From Octopus vulgaris (lineage: Eukaryota): DNA of 64,000 nt. A model generated the notes under the pieces. It had not been told where the DNA came from. It ran no database searches and saw only the letters and a list, made by a program, of their open reading frames with translations. Below are positions 54,827 through 64,000 of the stretch, one piece after another (within the stretch, counting starts at the first letter, position 1; each line of letters opens with the position of its first letter). The translations under genes and the position numbers were made by a program. The stretch covers positions 22,506,001-22,570,000 of the forward strand of contig OX597820.1 of NCBI GenBank assembly GCA_951406725.2, in the 5' to 3' direction.

Positions 54827-56441
54827 TCTATTATATGATCGAGATCGTGAGATCGCGGTTTCGATTCGCGGACCGGCTAATGCGTTGTGTTTCTTGAGCA
54901 AAACACTTCATTTTCACGCTGCTCTGCAATCACTTTGACATCTAACGTATGACACACTGTGCACCTCTACAGGTAATAAGGATTTGATGGAGGGAGTGAT
55001 CTAACGTACAGCACAAACATTTTATCACTATAACGAGTCATCTGTTCAGATTAATCAACAAGAAATTGCAGAATCGTCTTTCTCGGATTCGAGAAACTAC
55101 CAAGGAGAAGAAGAAGACGGCGATATCAAACCAGCAAAACTATTATATTTTGGACATACAATGCTCTACGATTCACTGTTCCGAAAGGATGAAAGGCTAA
55201 GTTGACCTTGGCGGAATTTGAACGCAGAACGTAAAAAGACAGACGAAACGTCACTGTCTGGCGTGCTAACGATTTTGTCAATACGCCACTAATAATGTTT
55301 CTAACAAATGCACAAGGCCTGAATTTTGGGGTATGGGGTTAGGAGATTAAATTGATACCCGTACTTGACTGGTACTTTATCTTATTGACCGCCGAAGGGA
55401 TGAAAAGGAAAGGTGACTTGGGTGAAATTTGAACTCAGAACTTCTAGGAAACAGGACATATATATATATATATATATGTATGAGAGAGAGGGGGAGAAAT
55501 TAATGGCAAAGAAGTTACAAACATTTATAGTTATGTAATTTTAGCCAATCAAAAGCGTCCGTTGCCAACTTACTGGTTGTCGTAAATGTCTATCATAATG
55601 GAAATCAGCAAAGACAAAGGTAAGACAGCGAAGACGAAACCTTTACGTGGTCACTCGACTGCTAGAAATAGCAGCAAAATTTTCCTTAAGCTACATCATA
55701 ACGTCTAAAATTTAAAAAGACGACATGCCATATACAAAAGACGACATATTATATAACATAGCTGGAAGCATTTTCATTCATAATTGGAGCAGCAGTGTGT
55801 CATAATGTGGTCCTAAATTCACAGCGACAATAAATGTTTATTATATGTAATCATAAACACAATGCTGAGCATGTGTTTGTTGTCCAGTACATACAATGTG
55901 TTTATGATTACATAACACACAAACACACGACACATACGTTCTGTGCAATTCAAAGCACTTGATTAATTAAAAGTATAGGAGACGGGAAAAAATCGTCTGG
56001 GAACGAATAGACAAACGAACGTGCGTTACGTATTATCTATGAGCTGAAATTTCTACAGAACATGTATTTATATAAACCACTCACCAATCAATCGATAACT
56101 CAATCAATGAATTTTGATACACGGAGACAGTTCTGTATTATATAATTGATCAGATCTACAAAAGAAAAATCGGTGATGAAGTGTGCAACTAAGTATGAAC
56201 TGACGAATGGGTGAAATCATTATATAATGCCTAGAAACAATGTAATATCAGATACAGGCATGGTTGTGGAGTTAAGAAGCTTGCTTCCCGATCACGTAGC
56301 CTTGGGTTCGGACCCACAGTGTGTTCAACTCGGTGTAATGAATGACCATGGGATTGCACTTAGAAGCTTGCTTCCCAACTACGTTACCTTGGGTTTGGAC
56401 CCACTGTGTGACAACTCGGTATAATGAATGACCATGGGATT

Positions 56442-56597
56442 CGCTGGCGTGGCTGGGGGCGGTATGGACGATCTGCCCCAGGCGGCACTTTTCATCCTGT
56501 TGTAGGCTATTGCTGTAGGTAATGTGTTTTTTGTGGGGTCTGGGGGCGGTAAATGGAAGGGCCACCCCAGGTGGGACACACTCTGGCTATGCTAGTG
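56442..56597. mobile_element. hAT-type MITE nested in a SINE tail
   Basis: 8-bp TSD ATGGGATT / ATGGTATT; imperfect TIR CGCTGGCGTGGC / GCTATGCTAGTG. Confidence 0.7.
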
Positions 56598-57729
56598 ATG
56601 GTATTGCATTTAGAATGTTAACCTCTGAAACACAAGTCTGGGCAAGGTTGTTTATGAAAGACCAGCAGTCGCCAATGCATACCAGCCTTCCCCTCTTCAC
56701 ACCACCCATGTTATCCAAGAGAAAGGCAAAGGCCAATACAGTTTGGTACCAGTGATGTCGCAACTCAGTTCTACAGGTGAGTGAACTGGAGCAACATGAA
56801 ATAAAGTGTCTTGCTCAAGAACACAACACACAGCCTGGTCTGGGAATCAAACTCACTACCTCATGATTATGAGCTTGATGCTCTAACCATTGAGCCATGT
56901 GCCATAAGCCTCAAACCAACCAATGCCTTCTGAGTGGATTTGGCATACAGAAACTGAAAGTAGTTTATCGATGCTTATTTGCATCATTATCTACACACAC
57001 ACAGGGCTTCTTTCAGTTACCGTCTACCAAATCCACTCAATGCATTTGGTCACCACAGGGTTATAGAAGACACTTGCCTGTGATGTCATGCAGTGGGACT
57101 GAACCCAAAGCCATGAGGTAGAGAAGGAAACTTCTTAATGTATGTATGTGTGTGTGCGTGTGCGCATGTGCATGTCTGTGTTTGTTTCCCACCTCTGCTT
57201 AACAACCGCTTCTTGATTTGTTTACATACCCGTCTGTAACTTATTGGTTGAGCAAAAGAGACCAATAGAATAAATACCAGGCTTTAAAAAAAGACAGCCC
57301 TGGGATCGATCTGTTCGACTAAAACCTTCTAGGTGGTGCACCAGCATGGCCGGAGTCCAATGGTCGAAACGAGTAAAAGATAAAAAGATAAAAACTGACC
57401 ACAGCCAATTGAAAGCAATATTGAATTGAAACAAATTCAAAACTGAATTTACTACAGTGAGGGATTATACAAGTAGAACACTTAACAAAATCCGCTGCCA
57501 TGACAGAGGAGTTATTAAGCAAAGCTTGTCGTGTCGTCGTTTATGGAGGCAGGCTTTTCTGTGGCCGGGTGCACTTCCTGTCATCAACCCTCACTTGTTT
57601 TCAAGGAAACTAATATTTTCCAACGGCCAGATATGTTTTCTCGGGACATTGGAAAATTAATGGCATTCAATTACCACAATCATGTGATATCAATGCAAGG
57701 CAATACAATCACTGCCGTGCACACACACA

Positions 57730-58030
57730 CGAAGGGCTGCTGAAAAATTCCTGACTTTGGGTAAAAGCAGATACAGGAGGATCAGTTAATTATGATTTTA
57801 TTCAACATATTCCCCTCTCAGATTCACATACTTATTGCAGTGGCCCTTAGAAAAACTGAAGGACCGCTGCAATAAGTGTGTAAATCTGAGAGAAGAACGT
57901 GTTGTATAGAATCATAATTAACTGATCCTCCTGTATTTTCTTTTACCTGAAAGTCAGGAACTTTTCAGTAGCCCCTCCAACCAGGCTTTCGCGACACTCA
58001 TAATGACAGGAAATTTTCAGCACCCCCTTG
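57730..58030. mobile_element. mariner-type MITE with about 110-bp inverted arms and an extra TIR
   Basis: GGGCTGCTGAAAAATTCCTGACTTT ... AAAGTCAGGAACTTTTCAGTAGCCC; arms pair throughout. Confidence 0.8.
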
Positions 58031-58046
58031 TATATATATAATTGCC

Positions 58047-58150
58047 AACCAAGTGTGGTGTTCTATTACAGGACAATGCTACTGGTGTTTATAGCTCTAG
58101 GGGCTATAAATGCCAGTAGCACTGTCCCGTATAGGATGCCACACTTGGTT
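58047..58150. repeat. 104-bp imperfect palindrome
   Basis: AACCAAGTGTGG...TTTATAGCTCTAGGGGCTATAAA...CCACACTTGGTT. Confidence 0.85.
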
Positions 58151-58245
58151 ATGTCACAATTCTGTATTGCTACTATTTACATCTCGCTCAGAGATTTAAT
58201 ATAATATAATATATATATATAACTTAACCTTATGCAATTTCTAAA

Positions 58246-58369
58246 GTCTCTGATGAAGCCTAGAGAAACACCCAAGTACCTCAATTTCATCTACTAATTT
58301 CTTCAGTCTGCTGGAGGAATAAAGGTAGAATGAGGTATTTTTGCCTCTTGGCTGAAACAGCTGTAAGAT
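58246..58369 (+). ncRNA. Type I hammerhead ribozyme motif with a stem II of about 95 nt
   Basis: GTCT-CTGATGA-AGCC...GGCT-GAAA-CAGCTG-TA-AGAT; internal helices TACCTCA/TGAGGTA, TCTAC/GTAGA and TTCTTCAG/CTGGAGGAA. Confidence 0.87.
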
Positions 58370-58575
58370 ATTTTCCCAATTTATATTCCTGTATGTTATA
58401 TTTCAATAATTACTGGTATCTTTATATATTAATATATTTTATATGTAAAGCATAATATGTTATACATGTATGTATATTCTTGTATTTGTCATTTTAGTAA
58501 ATGAATAAATAAGTTGACATAATATAATGTCTAAAAGTTGATGAACCACCTATTCATCCCCTCCATTTTCTTATT

Positions 58576-58699
<124 letters not shown>

Positions 58700-58741
58700 C
58701 ATAATTAAATCTCAGAATGAGATTGAAACAGTAATCGCTCG

Positions 58742-59172
58742 ATAATGTAAAGTATAGAAGCCATCTTATCATGGCTAACCACATTGGGGAGGGGGTTGTT
58801 ACTGTAGCTTTATAGCCCCAAGAGATCTTCGTCTCTAGCTGGCTTTAGACACAATATCAGTGTCCTTGGAGTATTTGCAAAGGGAGGCCATCTCTTCCTC
58901 GCAAGCCTGAGTGATACGCTCGAACTAGTTTCGGGATGGTTGTCCCTCGTCAACGGGCGGTAACCACCAGGTAGCGATGAAAGTGAAGGCTCCTTTGCAA
59001 ATAGATATAAGTTTTTCTAATGGCGCCTGCCACTGATGTCGAAAAACGAACAGTAAGCATAATATTGTGTTTAGAGCCAGCTAGAGACGAAGATCTCTTG
59101 GGGCTATAAAGCTACAGTAACAACCCCCTCCCCAATGTGGTTAGCCATGATAAGATGGCTTCTATACTTTAC

Positions 59173-59177
<5 letters not shown>
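58742..59177. mobile_element. Young PLE-like module with 116-bp inverted repeats (58742-58857 / 59062-59177), within (TA)n
   Basis: Arms differ at two positions; internal hammerhead. Confidence 0.85.
58917..58959 (-). ncRNA. Minimal type I hammerhead ribozyme motif (C3U variant)
   Basis: Minus strand CGCCCG-TTGACGA-GGGA(caacca)TCCC-GAAA-CTAG-TT-CGAGCG. Confidence 0.8.
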
Positions 59178-59215
<38 letters not shown>

Positions 59216-59849
59216 GGGATGTTCCGCCTAGGTATGCAAGGTAGCTAGTGCCTATCTTGAATAAAATAGATCAATAGCAACATTTTCCTTTTATGGCAAA
59301 ATATGCACTTAACCCTTTCGTTACTGCATTTATTTCGAGATGCTCTGTGTTTCTTTCAATTACTTTAAATATAACAAAGAATTTAGTAAAATAACTTAGT
59401 TACTATTGAGCTAGTGTTAGGAACACATATTGTGACTAAGGTTTGGTGGAAGATTTTAATTCAAAACTTACGAAAACAAGAAATTTGTACTCAGAGCCAG
59501 AGCCGGTTTCAGCCGGGTTGGTATCAAAAGGGTTCAATAAAATTATGAAGGTTACTCTGATTACTATGCATAAAATGCAAAATACTTTATTATTTTGTAG
59601 TTTAGGTGTGCATAATTCGCTCCTGCTTTTCAATCTCAGTATTTAAGCCATGCATAGTACTGTTGTAGTACATGTGCTGCATACATTTCTACAACACCAT
59701 TTTCTTAACGTGCTATAAAGGCAGAAATAGATCTGCCTCCCGACTCAGTTGTGCACCTGTGTTTCGCTTATTTTCTGTGCGTTTTACTACATAAAGATCA
59801 CCAACTGCCTACGTTGAGTAAATACTGACAGCAACGTGCCTGATATATG

Positions 59850-60145
59850 GACCGTTAGCTCGTACACGCATTTTTTTCTCTCCTTGTTTCTTTTCTGTGT
59901 ATCTTTCTGTCGAAGAGCGTAGGCTCGAAAAGACTTGTTCTATTTCTATTCCTGAGCGCCATACTAATACATTTGCTTGTTTGTACTCCACCTGCCTTCG
60001 TCTTTTGTTTATTTTCGTAAACCTTCCCATTATATATATATATATATAAAGTTAATCCAAACAAGAAAACAAAAAGACAACAACGCAAGGATGTGGAACA
60101 AATAAAGTATTATTGGACGCTCAGGAAAGAAGGGAAGAAGGAATA
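59850..60145. repeat. Two converging PLE-tail-like repeats around a (TA)n, with a hammerhead remnant at 59902-59933
   Basis: CTGTCGA-AGAGC(gtag)GCTC-GAAA with stem III missing; TCCTGAGCG..ATAC block mirrored at about 60105-60128. Confidence 0.5.
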
Positions 60146-62992
60146 TACGTAGACGTAGACGGTAACTGAAAAAAGCTCATTGTATATATGTGTATGTGTG
60201 TGTGTGTTTATATATGGGTACAGGATGTCACCTGCTGTGTAAACAACATGAAATATGAAAACAAACGAGTTAAATACGCAAACAAGAGAAAGAAATGGAA
60301 AACAGGACAAGTAAACACAGAGAACAACCCTTCATCAGTTGTCGGCTGTCTGTCTACTTCTCGAGTATTCAAGGACAACTTATGAGTCTTCAAAGACAGT
60401 TGCTCCCATAAATTCTAAAATAACATTTAGGTCGAGTGTGTGTGTGTGTATCTGTATGTGTTTGTTCACCATCGATTGACAACCGGCGTTGGTGTGATTA
60501 CGTCTCTGTAAGCTACCAATTCAGCAAAAGAAACCGATAGAATTAGTACCAGGCTTTAAAAGAGAAAATAAGTGTTGGGGTCAATACAGTCAACTAAAAA
60601 TTCTCCGAGGCGGTGCCCCAGCAAGGCCGCAGTCTAATGACTGAAGCAAGTAAAATAAATTATTGTATTAATGTACTTAGGAATTTGTAACTCTAGGGGC
60701 TGTAAGCCTAAAACTGCTATAGCACCTACTGTAGTAGGTCCCCCTCAGCCGCATGGATTATTAGTGATAGATTAACTAATCCTCAGTAAATGAGGTGCTT
60801 AAAGTATTTGTTACATTTTTATCTTGAACATGATTTAGGGGGAGATAGTGGCAAAGCCGTGCAGCTCTAATGAAACTCAATTCTAAGTGCAGTTTGGCCA
60901 TGGCCAGAACATATAGCGACAAAGTGTGTGTGTGTGTGTGTTATCATTATCGGAATAAGCATTTTGTAGCTATACAAAAAAAATTGTTGTGTGCCAAGGA
61001 ACTGGCAAAGTGCTCGATAAACGCAAAGAATAACAGATTTAGAGTAATAATGGTTTTAAATTTATGCACAAGACCAGCAATTTAGAAGATGGGCCATATC
61101 GATTTTATCGACCCCGACCCCACAGAGATGAAAAGTAAAAGTTTACCTCGGCGGAATTTAAACTCTGAGCGAAAAGATGGACAAAATGCTGCTATGCTTT
61201 TTGCCTGGCACAGTAACAATTCTGCCAGTTTGCAGCCTTTATTTTTATATATATATAAATATTATCAGTGATAGAAAGGATGCATAAGCAGGAGGCATTG
61301 TTTGTGTAAGTTCTGATCTAATATATAGATGTGCGCTACGGGGTAAATGTAAAAATATAAAGAATCAAAAGGGGACCATCACAAAAAGAAGTCTAATATT
61401 CAGTAACAAAATAACACGAAAGGTCTCCATATAGGAAGATTTGGGGCACACTGCTACACACACACACACACACACACACTTGTTCTCCCTTTCTATCGCA
61501 GACAATATTTATGTAAGGAAATAAGGCGGCGAATTATCAAAATGCTTACTGAGATTTTGTCCATCTTTTTACGTTCTAATTCTAAGTGTTCAAATTACCA
61601 CAAGGTCGACTTTTGCCTATCATCCTTTCGGGGTTGATAAAATATGTACCAGTTAAGCATTGGAGTCGATGTTTCTGACTAAACCCCTCCTCTCAAATTG
61701 CTGGCCTTGTGCAAAATTTGAAACCGGTAGGCATTTTGGACCTAGAACGTAAAGTCGCACGAAATGCTGTTGAGTATTTTGGCCGGCATGCTACTGATTC
61801 TGCCAGCTCACCGCCTTCATTTGGAATAATAATAAAACTGATATGTATGTAAATCAATATATGTATTGAAATAAGTACATAATGTAATTTCCACCACCAC
61901 CCTGAACACAATACTATCTTTGGCAGTTGGATGTTCATAGAACATGGCTGCTAGAATCATGATTATGTATTATGGACATGTGATGCCTTCATCAGTGCGA
62001 CTTTTAAGTTAGCTCCTGCGAAAGACTAAATTGTGATTGTGGCCCAAAACTAAAGGTAGCTAAATAGTATGACTTTCATACGTCTATAATGACTATATGC
62101 TCCGCTGATGTTTGATCAGAGATAAGGACGGATGAGAATTATTTCTGTAGTGCAATCATTCTATTGTTCCAGTTTCAAGTTGAATTCCAACTGTTGGCCA
62201 ATTTGTCCCAAAGTTCTTTTCTCGACGTAAAATTAATGAGGCAAACGGCATTTATCCCCCCCACCCTGATCCCTGACGTTATCTAACAAACGCCAACCAA
62301 GATGGTGTGAATCAGCCAAGCTTTACTTGCTAGAAATAGCATCTCAAATGCTTTTAAATCAGATCCCAATGCTGGATGTTCAAGAACCAAATGAATGGCA
62401 GGTTTTCAATCCCGGGATCATCTTGATTCCAAAAGGGTATAATGTGTCTATGTAGAGATACAGGGGTCCCAAACAGACATACAGAATTTCGCTTTTATTA
62501 TTTAGCTGGGCGAAATGCTTAGCAGTATTTCCCCTGTCGCTTTGTTCTGAGTTCAAATTCCGTCAAGGTCGACTTTGTCTTTCATTCTTTTGGGGGTCAA
62601 TAAATCAAGTACCAGTGAAATAATGGGATCGATGTAATCGACACATCCCCTCCCCCAAAATGGTTGTCCTTGTGGCAAAATTTGAAACCATTATTATTAT
62701 TATTATATGCAATCATGCATATATACATAGATCATAAGCATATATATGGATTTATACATATACTATTTCCTTTACAAGGAGTGTATAAGTGACTTCGTCG
62801 GACTTCGAAGTTACTGTCATTCTTCTCCTTATAGTATATGAATGCATCTTACAAGAACTATTGAAAAGTTCTTCGGTTCGATGTAAAAAAATTTTTTTAT
62901 CACAAGTCTACTTAAAAACAGATAGACGGACAATAAATGTAGAGAGACAGACAGACAGATATGAAGCGGCTCATATAGATCATTATAATATT

Positions 62993-63495
62993 CTTTACTA
63001 CTCTAGGCACAAGTTCCGAAATTTTTTTTATTGGTGGGGGGGGGTCAGTCGATTAGATGGACCCAGTACGCAACTGGTACTGAATTTATCGACCTTGAAA
63101 GGATGAAAGGCAAAGTCGACCTCGGCGGAATTTGAACTCAGAACATATAGACAGTCGAAATGCCTATTTCTTTACTACTCACAAGGGGCTAAACACAGAA
63201 GGGACAAACAAGGACAGACAAACGGATTGAGTCGATTATATCGACCCCAGTGCGTAACTGGTACTTATTTAATCGACCCCGAAAGGATGAAAGGCAAAGT
63301 CGACCCCGGTGGCATTCTTTTCTACTCTAGGCATAAGGCCCAAAATTTTGGGGGAGGGGCCCAGTCGATTATATCGACTCCAGTGCGTAACTGGTACTTA
63401 TTTAATCGACCCCGAAAGGATGAAAAGTAAAGTCGACCTCGGCGGAATTTGAACTCAGAATGTAACGGCAGACGAAATACCGGTAAGCATTACGC
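62993..63495 (-). mobile_element. Multimeric family B SINE
   Basis: Three GAAAGGATGAAA(G/A)G(C/T)AAAGTCGAC units; CpGs intact. Confidence 0.85.
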
Positions 63496-63639
63496 ACTTC
63501 ATTATAATATTGAAATCTGAGATTTGAGGGCGGGGAGCAACTTCACGCTCATTGAGCCCGATCGCTAATCGTTTGTAAGCATTCAATGAAGAATACGCCT
63601 GCATATATTAGAAACTAAATTATTAGGAGAGTATTGGGA

Positions 63640-64000
63640 CCTTTTCGGTTTGAACGGCAGTTTTTTCTAGAAATTGTCACCCATAACTATGACCCTAGTA
63701 TCGATCTATTGCATTTTTATCTGTTTTAGGGTTAGGGGTGGAGGGAAGGGTATCTTTTTTCTTCAAGAATGTAAATAAACCCAATCTGTTTCTTAAACGA
63801 GGGACATATTCATACGGCACAGAATGTTTTCACCTCAATAGACGTCATTGATTGGTTGAAATTGCAAAAAGTGAGGAAAAAACAACAACAAATATCTTAC
63901 AAACTATAGAATTTTCTCAATAAAGCCAAAAGAAAAAGATGTTTTATAAACACATTCTACCAGTATACGAAGTTTAAAAGTGTTTAGTTACGTGGAAATT
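63640..64000. mobile_element. Interspersed repeat running off the window edge; same family as the insertion in the C11orf54 fragment
   Basis: CTTTTCGGTTTGAACGGCAGTTTTT is identical to 7313-7337. Confidence 0.7.

Noticed and set aside
58047-58150. Palindrome as a pre-miRNA with G-U pairs
   Set aside because: Mismatches include both G-T and A-C types, consistent with neutral decay of a DNA palindrome or MITE
60315-60365. Minus-strand CTGATGA in a TA-associated repeat
   Set aside because: No GAAA/NUH partner at a suitable position in this copy
63665-63740. TTAGGGTTAGGG telomere-like motif
   Set aside because: Only two units, inside an interspersed repeat

Overview
AT-rich, repeat-dominated eukaryotic DNA, most likely from an octopus. 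This is inferred from a mollusc-type mir-1986, cephalopod-type tRNA-derived SINEs and long (TA)n tracts. No intact host protein-coding gene is evident, and nearly all ORFs in the supplied track are microsatellite or SINE artefacts. Supportable content: (i) mir-1986 on the minus strand, with a degenerate mir-1990-like hairpin about 1.6 kb upstream in the same orientation; (ii) a spliced, intron-less 5' fragment of the ester hydrolase gene C11orf54, containing a repeat-derived cryptic exon and fused to a hammerhead-ribozyme (HHR) tail, all embedded in (TA)n; (iii) at least nine sequence-diverse type I HHR motifs plus remnants, in short (TA)n-associated and often fold-back Penelope-like (PLE) modules; (iv) CR1-group and RTE LINE fragments, PLE ORF remnants, a deleted mariner, Helitron-, hAT- and piggyBac-type MITEs and dozens of SINEs. 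All alignments, folds and family assignments were made by eye and from recalled consensus sequences; none were computed.
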